Of a stretch of 64,000 nucleotides of DNA, positions 26,001-37,674 are shown piece by piece. This stretch comes from Stegostoma tigrinum (lineage: Eukaryota): positions 8,499,464-8,563,463 of the forward strand of contig NC_081400.1 of assembly GCF_030684315.1 (NCBI RefSeq). Reading direction: 5' to 3'. Position numbers and translations under genes: made by a program. A model generated the notes under the pieces. The model made no database searches and was not told the DNA's origin. It worked only from the letters and a program-made list of their open reading frames with translations. Within the stretch, counting starts at the first letter, position 1; each line of letters starts with the position of its first letter.

Positions 26001-26960
26001 CCCAGCCCTGAACCATTTCAACTTCCCCCACCACCCCGCCACTCCTCGGATGACATGTCCAACCTGGGCTTCCTACATTGCCACAATGACATCACCCAAA
26101 AGATGCAGGAACAGCAACTCATATTTCACTTGGGAACCCTACAGCCTGAGGATATCAATGTGGATTTCATAGAACATAGAACATAGAACATTACAGCACA
26201 ATAGAGGCCCTTCGGCCCTTGATGTTGTGCGGACCTGTCATATCGATCTGAAGCCCATCTAACCTACGCTATTCCATGTACATCCATATGCTTGTCCAAC
26301 GATGACTTAAGTGTACTTAAAGTTGGCGAATCTACTACCGTTGCAGGCAAAGCATTCCATTCCCTTACTGCTCTCTGAGTAAAGAAACTACCTCTGACAT
26401 CTGTCCTATATCTTTCACCCCTCAATTTAAAGCTATGCCCCCTCATGCTCGCTGTCACCATCCTAGGAAAAAGGGTCTCCCTATCCACCGTATCTAACTC
26501 TCTGATTATTTTACAATCTTCAAAATCTCCCCTCCCCCGATGATATGCCAAAACCGGCCCAGCTAGTCCCTGCCTCCCTAACCACTCCTCCCACCTCAAG
26601 CCCCACCCATCTCCTACCCACTAACCTCATCCCCCCTCTTTGACCTATCCACCCTCCCTGGACTGACCTATCCCCTCCCTACCTCCCCAGCTACACTCAT
26701 CTTAACTGGCTCTGACCCCGCCTCTTTGAACTGTCTGTCTCCTCTCACCCTATGTTCTCTTTTATCCATCTTCTATCCGCCTCCCTCTGTCTCCCTATTT
26801 GTTTCAGAATCCCCTTTTCCTCCCCCATTTCTGAGGAAGGCTCTCGACCTTAAATGTCAAACTTTACAGCTCCTCTGATGCTGCTTGGCCTGATGTGTTC
26901 ATCCAGCTCCACACCATGTCATCTCAGATTCTCCAGCGTCTGCAGTTTCTACTATCTCCG
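23050..26960. mobile_element. Second-family Penelope-like element in inverted configuration: - arm 23050-23995, + arm 23996-26960
   Basis: KPADKGGAVV, TMDVQSLYTCIPH, GVTMGSCLGPSYA, RYIDD, NVIYCIRCSRCGGLY...FAEHL. Many stops and frameshifts. Confidence 0.85.
26169..26512 (-). mobile_element. CR1 3' end nested in the Penelope element
   Basis: RGHSFKLRGERYRTDVRGSFFTQRAVREWNALP with a (GTTCTAT)n tail. Confidence 0.88.
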
Positions 26961-29900
26961 TAAAAATGTTATAATGTGCCTGGTTACAGTGTGTTATGGA
27001 TTAGGCTAGGCCCCTTAAAATATTTTAAGGTAGCATGCAATCTAACTTTGTCTTATATTTAAGGGAAATGTGAAGTGCCTTGGTCTGCAGGCATGGCAGC
27101 TGGTCAAACAATTCGACATCAAGAGAAACACAATTTATTCAAACATCATAGTTAAAATACAAACAAAATTTAGAATAGTTTAATTTCATCGGAAAACTTA
27201 ACTGAACAAAAGATACAGCAGTTATTCTGAATTAATTGCTCTTTTCATGCCATCCCATAAATACACCCCTCAGCAAAAAGGTAAATTCAGAAAAATAGAT
27301 TTGTCTCACACATAACCCAGCAGCAGAGATAAAACACAGCCTCTAAATATAGCTGAGAGAAGGAAAGGATGGCTTCTACTTCTTTAAGACCACAGGAGCA
27401 ATGGTTTATAGCTAAAACTGAAAGCTGGAAAACGTACTGCAAAACCTGGTCTGAGACAGTTGGCCGCACCCATCCAGGTTGCCTCCATTGTTCCAATTTT
27501 TGTTTAAAAAAACAAGGCCTCACAAGTTGTTTACTGTAATGGTTTTGGTAGACTGCTCGGTACCTCTCCCTGACAATATCCTTCAGAATAACCATAACAA
27601 AATAATCTCTCAAAGCCACAGCATCATCATGTGACAGAAAGGATATATTTTGCGTCATTCTTTAAATTTCACAAAGCACTTTGAAAGGGAAGACAAGTTA
27701 GGAAAATTTATATTTCGGATCAGTAGTCTATTGGCAGAGTTTTATTAGTGTGAAACGTAACGAATGTTTGAAAGCAGTAGGGCCAATCGATAAAGTAGAT
27801 AAGAAACCAAGCTCCTGAGATGCTGCTTGGCCTGCTGTGTTCATCCAGCCTCACATTTTATTATCTAAGAAACCAAACTGCCATGTTTCTAATACTAAGA
27901 GAAACATTGAATTACAAAGTGGAGAAGTTACATTACAGCATTGTACAATGCTTGATCAAAAAGAACTTGAACAATTCTAGCCATCTGAATGAGAATTTGA
28001 GGTTGGCTCATTCGAGGTATTAAAGGGTAATTTAGAAAGAATGTTGAGCAATAAAAAAGACATGTATTGTGGACAACATGCCGAGCCGCTGGTTCAGCAA
28101 TTGTGATGTGCCAAATTGCCCCTCCATCCCCATTATGCTCCAAATTACCTTCTGCTTATTATGTTGTCAATTCAAAGTGAAAAGCAAACATGATTGCACT
28201 AGGAGCTCTAGTCACTGCAGTTTCAGAGGAACAGGGAATATGAATAGGCAGAAACGTGAAAAAAATTCTGATCAATTTTACTGGAACTGACGAGCCTAAA
28301 GTTTCTGTTAAATTACATGGAGGCAATTATGAAATAGAGTGAATGAAGAAAAGATTGTCAAAATACATGAAAAACATATTGAAAAAAATGATCATATACT
28401 TAATGATAAGTCGCAAACTGCTTGGAAGGTGTTAAGGAAACATATTGACCCAAAGCGTGGTAGATATCTGGACCTCACTGCCAGAAAGGGTGCTGGAGGC
28501 AGAAATTATCACAAGATTTTAAAAGTAGTTTGAGGTCATGTTGCTGAATGATACTCTTCAGGGCTATCTGTTTAACAAAGGAAGTTAGGGTGAGGCAATG
28601 AAATTCTTTACCATCCAACACATAAAGGTAAAGTCCAATGGACTGCATCAATCTCATTAATGTTTATGATTCCAAGTTTGAAGTTAAACGAATTTTGAAT
28701 AACTTCCTCAATAAATTCAAGTGCTGCTTTGGAAACTGCACATAAAATTGAGTCACAAACATTGAATGTTTGGAAAAAACTCTGGAGTGAGAAAAGACAT
28801 AGAAAATGCTCTGGTTGAGGGAATGTAATAGCTGTCATCAGGCAAGTTTTTACGACCAGAATTAAGTGATCTGCTTAATTTTGAAGGCTCTAACTTCAAG
28901 AGTCGATTGTGACACATATGTTACTGACATCAGCACCAAAAGCTAAGTGCTCCATAAAGGAAACAGAAATGGAGATGATAACAACCTTGAATTGGTTTGA
29001 ACCAACCTAGCTGTCACAGTAACATCTATCCATGACAGTAAGTGTAGGAGAAATTATAACTGAGAACATCTCATTATGCTCTTAATATCAACATCAGTTT
29101 AATGATGATAAATTAAGGTAAAAACTGTTGGTTAAACATTGGATGCATGCCAATGAGCTTTTTTTTTGCCACAGTGTCAGATTTAATTAAACCACAAGTC
29201 ATCTCCTTGGATATTCCTCAGTCTACCATTCTCATCTAGCAAACAGTTCATTGGTTATTTAATGCAGAACCGAAGATTATACCATAGGAACACCAGGTAG
29301 TATGTCCTTGCTTAGAAATCTTTTTTAAAAATGTGGCATGCATGTAATAAAACTAGGTAAATGACTTTTATGCTAGAGGATATAGTGCGCTTTTTTTAGT
29401 TCACAGTCTGTAACTTTATAAGACGTTGATGAGATGACATTTAAAGTGCTGCTTACTGTTTTAATCAATGTGTTTATGAAAGAATATGTTAAAATGGGAA
29501 AAGAACTTGTGGCAATCAACTGGAAGGCTGAGAACTTTCTTACAGGCCAAAATAGTTGCATCTTGTTTGTATCTTTTTGTCTTTGCTTATCATAAACAGA
29601 ACCCATTTTCTCATTTTCACACCTTATTAATACTGAATGTTCATCTCTATGCCCACTTCACTATCACTGACATGCCTTTATCTTTTGCTCTAAAAATCTG
29701 TTCATGCCCCTCCTCTTCTCCCTTTGTCAACAGTATAAAATATTAATTAATCCCTACCAGTTGTGAAAAAAGACTCATATTTGACTCGATTAATTCATTT
29801 TGCTTCATTCTTCACAGATGCTGCTGGACGTTGAGTTTATGCACAAAAATGTCATTTCATTATAGTGGAATCGAATATTTTAAGTACAGTCCCTCTCCAT

Positions 29901-31242
29901 CACCATGATAAAGGCAGGAGTATATCTAAGGCATGCACAGAAGAATATTGCCAAGATAATTTCAAAGAAATGTCCAAAATTGCAGTTACTACCCACAAGC
30001 AGAATAAACGTTAGCAGGCTCTATCAGCACAAGAAATTAAGCAGTCCAGTCCAAATTACCGACTGCATTAATTTGGAAATATACTGTTATTCTTCCCACT
30101 ACCATCAACTTAATATTCAATGCATTCAACATACTCTTTAATGGCACTTTGACAATACCTTCTCTGCAAAATCTACAGCGCATACATAGGAAACTTGGAC
30201 TCACTTTCTGAATAAGTACTTAGGATACTTAGTAAGTAATGGCCTTGTCTGCAAAATTGAAAAAAGAATAATAGCACAAAACAAAACAGCCCTCAGTAGT
30301 GGTTGAATCCTTTCTATTTCAGCCATTCCTACTTCAGAGTGGTAAATCATTGATGATAATTGGGTATTATATTGGGCAGAGGTAATAAAATCTTTATCTG
30401 AGGCAGCATCAGTCGCTCTTCTAAATTAACATTCCATTTCCATACAAATGGATTTTGATATACAGACACAGCACAGATTCAAGGAAGAGCACCTTCAATT
30501 ATTACTGTTTCTAACTGACTTCGCAATGATAGAAATCATTGGGCATGTTCTTTAATTCAGTAATGCTGGGCACATCAAAGTATTGGATCTTCAGTCAAGG
30601 CCAAGTGAGCATAGAGAGTCTGGGGAGTAAATCAAAAATCATTATTACCATAGAAACCGAGGAGCAATGAGCAGCAATTCAATAATTGTACCTGATGCCC
30701 TATTCATTTGGAAGTTAACTATCTCTATGTCCATGTACCTATTAAAATGTCCAATTAACATCAACAAATAAGAAGAAAATTTGAGTAGTTTCCCAATATC
30801 CATCCTCATTTATGTTTCACCTCTGAACTGCTTATTTTAAGGTTTTTGTCCCCTTGGCACACACTGAGAATAAAGGAAATGATTCTCACTTTCCATTCAA
30901 CGACATGTCTTAAACAAACTAGTCATTTCAGCTAGATCATGTTTTTGTCTTCCTTTTGTCCTGGAATGATCTAGATATTTTTATCTTCTGTTCGCAAAAC
31001 ACAATTTGTTTTTCATCCAGCCATCATTGCATACATTATTCATAATGCAATTATATATAACTGCTGATTACATGTCCAAATCTCCATTTTCAGTTGCTTT
31101 GACTTCTTGCAAAGGGATAAACAGTGCCATCTCACATTGATTACAATTCTATCACCATAGTCATCCCTTATAGACATTTCGAAAAACAGGTGTAAGGAAA
31201 CTACACATTTTGATGTGAAAAAAGTCAGTTTTATGCACTCAC

Positions 31243-31301
31243 CTCTTTCTTTGGAACATGTTGTTGAAATTCTGCTGATTTTTCACTGGTGTTCCAGTTG
31301 C
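31243..31301 (-). pseudogene. Cytoplasmic exon of the VJ-C1-TM gene
   Basis: Acceptor tttcctttacattag| and donor |gtgagt. 59 bp, phase 1 to 0, GNWNTSEKSAEFQQHVPKKE. In frame with the TM exon. Confidence 0.65.
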
Positions 31302-31432
31302 CTAATGTAAAGGAAATAGTCAACATCTTAAAAAAATTAAGCTTATTAAGTTCAAGAACATAAAGAATGGAAGAATGCAACAACTCAGAAATAGAGCACA
31401 ATGAATTTATAGCACCCACAGACACGTCCTAC

Positions 31433-31564
31433 CCAAGTCACAACTCCTGTAGCAATATCCCGCGAAGACAGTAAATGTCACAACAAGGATAAGCATCACC
31501 AATATACTCCCATAAAACATCAAAAGGCAAGGGATGTGCAATGGCTCTAAAGAGGACAGAGATA
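31433..31564 (-). pseudogene. Transmembrane exon, probably of the VJ-C1 gene
   Basis: Acceptor ttttaacag| and donor |gtagga. 132 bp, phase 1-1, open: VSLSSLEPLHIPCLLMFYGSILVMLILVVTFTVFAGYCYRSCDL. Confidence 0.7.
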
Positions 31565-31759
31565 CTGTTAAAATGCACATTAACCAACTGATGTTCACAG
31601 GTAACTCATCAAAACAAAAATAGTTGGCAATTCTGACTTGAATATGCAACTCACAACTGCACCAAATGAAATTAAATGAGATTGATGAATTCGCACAAAG
31701 ACACACTGAGACATGGAGAGAGAAAAGGAAGGAGAGGCATACCTGAAAATAAATGTTTA

Positions 31760-33430
31760 TAGAGTCATATAGTGTGTAAACAGACTTTTTGGTCCAACTC
31801 GTCCACGCCGTTCAGATATCCTACATTAATCTAGTCCTATTTGCCAGGATGCGGCCCATATCCCTCCAAATTCTTCTTAATCATTTATACCTCATGATGG
31901 GTTTCAAATGTTGCAACTGTATCAGCCTCCACCACTTCATCTTGTAGCTTATGCTATACGCCCACAACTGTCTACATGAAAAAGTTGCTCCTTAGTCAAT
32001 ATTATAATGTTCCCCTCTCACGTTAAACCTTTCCCATCCAGCGTTGGACTCCCCCTACCCTGGAGAAATGACCTTGGCTATGCACTCTGTCCATGCTCCT
32101 CATGATTTTATACATTTCTATAAGATCATCTCTATACCTCTGACACTCCAGGCAACATAGCCCAAGCCTGTTCAGCCTCTCCCAATAGCTCAAACTCTCC
32201 AACACAGCAATGTCCTTGTAAATCTTTTCCGAAACTTTTCAAGTTTCACAACATCTTTCCTGTGGCAGCAGAACCAGATGAAATCAATATTTTAAAAGTG
32301 GCTTACTCAGCTGCAACATGACTTCCAACTTGTAAACTCAATTTACCAACTAACAAAGGCAAGCAATGCCTTTTTCACTATTTTATCTACCAGCGGCTTC
32401 ACTGTTAAGAAAATATGAACATATGTGCCAAGGTCTCTTTGTCCGCCAACACTCCCCAGGATCTTACCGTTAAGTCCATAAGTCCTGGCCTGGTTTTCCT
32501 GAACAAAATGCACCACCTCATGTTGATATAGATTAAACTCCACCTGCCACTCCTGAGCCCATCTGACCAAGGTCCCATTGTACTCTGAGTTAACCTTCTG
32601 GGCTGTTGACCAAAACCACCAATTTTAGTATCACCTGCAAACTTACGAATCATGCCTCCTATATTCACATCCAAATCAGTTGCCTAAGTGAAAGAGAAGC
32701 AGTGGACAGAGTATTCATCCTTGTGTCATACCGCGGGTCACAGGCCTCCAGTCTGAAAAGCAACCCTTCACCACCACCCTCTGTCTCCTACACTGGAGCC
32801 AGGTATATTTCCAAATGGTGAGCTCTTCCTGTAAGACCATAAGGCCATAAAGCCATAAGACATACGAGTGGAAGTAAGGCCATTCGGCCCATCAAGTCCA
32901 CTCCACCATTTAAATCATGGCTGATGGGCATTTCAATTCCACTTCCCTGCACTCTCCCCGTAGCCCTTGCTTCCTTCTGAGATCAAGAATTTGTTGATCT
33001 CTGCCTTGAAGGCATCCAACGTCCCGGCCTCCACTGCACTCCGTGGCAATGTGATCATACTTTGTGAACCAATCTACCATAAGGTCCCTTGCTGAACATC
33101 TTACTGAAGTCTATAAAGACCACATCCACTAATTTGCTTTCATCAATCCTTTTCATCACTTCTTCAAAAATAGCAATCAAGTTAGTGAGATACAACTTTC
33201 CCAGCACAAAGCCATGTTGACTATCCCTAATCAGTCCCCCTGTGTTTTTTTTCCAAATACATGTAAATCCTGCCCTTCAGTATCCCCCCCCACCCCCCCA
33301 CCCAAACAACTTGCTCACCACTGATATTAAGCTCACGGATCTATAGTTCCTAAAATTTTCCATACCACTTTCTTTTTAAATAATGGCACCACGTGAGCTA
33401 ACTTCAGTCTTCCAGCACCTCACCTGTTGC
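31760..33430 (-). mobile_element. Decayed CR1 ORF2/3' end with a nested younger 3' fragment at about 32830-33050
   Basis: KFAGDTKIGG, WAQEWQVEFN, LSYWERLNRLGL motifs. Confidence 0.85.
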
Positions 33431-35101
33431 TTGTTTGTAGAAAACTATAACTTTGCAAATATTATTCTGTTGAGCAGAATATAATGTTGTAAAGTTCTCC
33501 AAATTTTGCTAGTTTCTTGTTGTATTAATGCAAAATGAAAATGGCTATTTGGATTTAGCTGCATCTGTTTAGCTATCCAAATCAACAGCTACTTCCTGGT
33601 GCCTGTCACATAACTTCCCATCGATATTGTCAGTTGTATATTTCTTGCAGCATTCAACAATTTGTGTTTATTCAGAAACGTGAAGATAATGAAGTGTCAA
33701 GATGTTGAAGTGTGAATCACAAATTTATTGAATTGCTTACACGATATATCTCCATTCAGCATTTATCGAAGTAAGAGTTTTTTTTAGAAATACTTCCTTA
33801 AATACTTGCGATACCGGTTCCATAAATCGTTACTCCCCTTATTAACTAGCCGTCGACCCAATTTTCACCACCTGCATGCCGATTTAGAATTTTTTTAATC
33901 CAAAACCAATTACATTTTACACCACTATATTCATCTTTGCATCTCCTCAATTCTCTGAGCTAGGTGAAATGTTTTATGGGTTTTTTTTCAACAGATTGAG
34001 GCATGCAATCTTCAGAACTTATTATCTATGCAGGCAGAACAACAGGGTGATTGGCGCTACGTGGACAAAATAAAACTAAATATATATAATGTCACACAGG
34101 CTGATAAGGTCATCAAAGGGAAAGGGCAAGCATAAAAACTTACAATAGCAAACACAGATTTGTAAAGCAAAACAAAGAAAAATGATCGATTTACACTACG
34201 GAATATCGATTACTCAAAATTTGGGCCATGATAAATTGATCTTCTGTTGGTGTATCAAATGGATATATATGCAATGGACAGCATTTGAGAAAACGATTTA
34301 CTATAATGAGACTGGAAGTTAATGTTTGAACCGAAGAAAAGAATTGAAAAGCGTATTTTTGTTGCTGCTCTGAAAGAGGAATTCTGCTTGTGAAAGTTTT
34401 CTATTGGATAGAATTTGACAACATTTTTCGACTTCTGAGGCAGTCTGAATCGATAAGAGATCAATATTGGAACCATTCTGAAATCCTGGAGGAATTTGAA
34501 GAGAATGCCTTTTTTAAAAAAATCATTTGGTACTTATACATGTAGATGTCTATTAAAGAGAAATGGGGCAGGGTGACGGGAGGGCACTGACGTGGGTACA
34601 GAGCATTCAGATTTCTTAAATATGCACGGGAGAAAGGGATATAAAAGCAGGTGAATATTATGATAGTTTTATCAAAATAAATATTTTGCGACATCCTTAA
34701 GTGAAACAGGAATGCTCCTTTTAATTTTGTTTTAATCACTGATTGTGTTAAACTAAATTATGCTTGTCTGGGATGTGAATGCTATGAAACAGAGAGAACA
34801 ATCCAGAGGCAATATCAGAGAATTTAATGAACTGGAATTAGATTTTTTTTCATTCTGATTAGCAGAAGTTCAGACTCGTACGTCATTCCCTGCTGTATGA
34901 AAATGGTCTGGTTCAACAGATTCTAATAAGAAATCAGAAAGTTAAATTGTGCTTGAGTAATCTGAAAGAGGTCAATGTTTCAACAGTTAGATGTTGATGC
35001 AAAGAAAAAGAGCAATTTTAAACATGAAAGGTTGAATTATTAGTAATAAAGCCTAATACTCGCATTAAACATTAAGAATCAACCGTTGCAGGCAAATTTA
35101 C

Positions 35102-35405
35102 CTTTCTGAAGTGGAAGATTTTCACTGACAAGAATTTTAGTTGCGTTGACATGAACTGAACAAGTACGGAACCGCACCATGTTTCCATGCTTCTACTGGG
35201 ACTCTGATGTGATTTATGGAAATGTGTGCCATGGCAGAGTCCATTGTCACAGAATCTGTCCAAGCCTCACCATTCCAAGAGGAAATATTCCAGTTAATGG
35301 GAAAGGAATCAGAAATAACATTACTCACTAAACACATCAATGGGTTAGTTTCCAAGGAAAACATTTCATCCAACAGCGGAGATAAAAGAATTACGTTGGG
35401 TGGCC
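35102..35405 (-). pseudogene. Ig C1-set constant exon with a +1 frameshift near 35169
   Basis: Acceptor ttcttatcag| and donor |gtaaat. GPPNVILLSPLLDEMFSLETNPLMCLVSNVISDSFPINWNIS...IRVPVEAWKHGAV / RTCSVHVNATKILVSENLPLQK. The length of 304 bp (3n+1) fits one extra base in a phase 1-1 exon. Confidence 0.85.
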
Positions 35406-35497
35406 CTGATAAGAATGGAGGGGGGGGGGAACATAAAATTATTATTCAACGTTGTTGATTATTGATAGTGAAATCTGTAAATCTATCTTACTCTTAC

Positions 35498-35818
35498 CTA
35501 TTATGAGCGCTTGTGATCCATTTCCGAATACAAAGGAGTCAAAGTATGAATTCCTGCTGGCACAGTAGTATAGACCAGAATCATTCCTTTGCAAATCACA
35601 AGCGTATAACGAGTTGATTTGTTGTTCACTTCTCCAAAAAATCTTACAATACTTGCTTACAGTGTAAACGTGTTGCACACGTTCTCGCAGCTGCTGTTTA
35701 TACCAGTAAAAAGTATCGTACGCCAACCAACCCATGTGACAAAGCAACTTGACAGTGTTTCCAATGGGGACCGTCTGAAGTGCTGGCGTCTGCAGGACTA
35801 ATGTCTGAAGAACAGTAA
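35498..35818 (-). pseudogene. Germline-joined VJ exon (V-set domain with FGxG J motif)
   Basis: Acceptor ttttcatag| and donor |gtaaga. VLQTP...GNTVKLLC...FYWYKQ...QRNDSGLYYCASRNSYFDSFVFGNGSQALII. No RSS between YYC and FGNG. 92-bp intron to C1. Confidence 0.9.
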
Positions 35819-37674
35819 CTATGAAAACAGAGCATGTCACAGGCAATTCTGCTTTAGCATCGAAAATGTGCCCGCTTAGCACAGGGTTAAGAGTGTAAGT
35901 GTGGAAAGCACCCTGCTTTTCTGTCATGACCATCAATCCAAACAACGAATTAGACAAATTAGTACAGGAAACAAATGAAAGAAAGAAAGAATCTATGCAA
36001 ACAATGAAATTATTTGTAATTATAGTCACACATTATAATCTTGGGAGAAAATGAATTTTGCACAAAGGAAGATCTGGCAATTAGCAATTCCATAATGATC
36101 GCCAATGCTGTTTTCACCACTTTGGTGGAAGAGTGAATGCTGACCCCAAGCTGTAAGTTGATTCCTCAGCTAGTTTCCCAATACAATGCGCGACATGTGC
36201 AAAAAAAATTTTAATTTACAGACCTTTGATAATACAGTTCTTCACCACAAAAAAACCTGACATTAGAGAATACAACCTCTTAAGATTTCTCTTGACTAAA
36301 TTTCCTATTTGTCTTTCTGCATAACAACACCATAAAAAAGAAGTAAGTAGATCAAACCTGGCAAAAGCTAGAACAGAGTACAGAGAGGTAAGACATTCAC
36401 TGTTTGTGGGTGAAGTTCAGAGTGTGACATTTAGAATGGCTTATCCTGTTTGTGGAGCACAGTCTAGAGGCAATGCAAAGTAAAACTCACAGCTGTAGAA
36501 ATTATCTTCAGCATTTAAAAGTAGCTGAATGGAAAGTACAGAATCATTTATATGGTCACTGTGGGTTTCCTGTTTACCCGTTAAGCATCCCCATTTGCAA
36601 AGGTCATTTGCTCACCAAGCAGTTTGCAAAAAAAGAAATATCTTTTCTGCCTGTGACATCACCATCAATCAGCATCCTGCTTGTTTCATTCCCTTTTGGG
36701 TCTGCCCCTATTCCTCATCAAGTGTCTTTTATCAGGAAGCAAGAGAGCATTGTAAGTTCAACCTTCCATAAATTTAAGCACAAAAATCAAAGGCAGTAGC
36801 AGTATCTGTATGACAGGAATACTGTACAACTCAAGGTAGCTTTTCAGCTGAGACGTTAAACCTAGGCACCTTCTATCCTTTCAAGAGATCAGAAATATTA
36901 CCTGGTCTGTCTTGGTCAAATGGTCCATTTGAATTTCGCTGTCAGTCTTGAACAAAACATCTCTACTCGCATCATTACAAGTAAAAAGTCAATTTTCGGT
37001 GCATTTTTTTTGCAAGACTGTTTAATAATAAAGCATTGCCCTATGCACTGCATTAGGACCTAACAACATTTCAAATCTCACGACCTTGTCAGGAAAGTGG
37101 TTTGAGACGTCCTTCCTGCATTAATAGAGATCAGCCTTAACCTTCAACAGTATTTCTCTTCTTACTGTTGTTAAACATTCATACCAACATAACAGACATC
37201 TCAGGTTGATTGATAATCTATAGTCAGATGCTCAAACTCTATTCCAGTTGAACTATTCTTGGTAGTTGTGCATCCAATGCAACAGCAACTGCAAATGCGT
37301 ATCCCTATGTGTGAGGCCGAAAATGCATTGGTGGAGAAGAAGGATTATCCACATCACTCTGTGTAATGTTATTAACAATATTCTACCAATTATATCTAAT
37401 TATATGTCAAACAAAGATATATTATATGTAGATGTGGGATGTATTTACAGTTAATGACTATTAGTAAATTAGGATGCGATAATTAATGCACAAGTGCAGC
37501 TATTTGCAATTAATTGTTCTATTTCAATTGACATCATCAATTGGGAGAATACGTTTACAAGGCATTTTTTGAATTGTTACAATAGATATATGCTTGATAT
37601 GACAAATTACAGCTGAGTGTTAAGAAGGACATATTATCTCATTACGAAAAAGCCAAATCACAATGGATTGTGAG

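Noticed and set aside
27928-28143. ORF with HITI...NTCLFYC
   Set aside because: No other V-set hallmarks; looks like decayed repeat or chance.
30900-31200. Terminal cytoplasmic exon or ITIM of the VJ-C1 gene
   Set aside because: Several candidate acceptors, but none gives a convincing phase-0 exon with a tyrosine motif. Left unresolved.
35819-36029. N-terminal extension of ORF 35442-36029 as coding or leader
   Set aside because: Lies upstream of the splice acceptor with no in-frame ATG. A decayed leader (FIVCIDSFFLSFVS) is possible but unsupported.
36558-36564. RSS heptamer-like CACTGTG upstream of the VJ exon (also CACAGTG at about 29170, 23056 and 25563)
   Set aside because: No nonamer at 12 or 23 bp spacing, none abuts a coding end, and two lie inside repeats.
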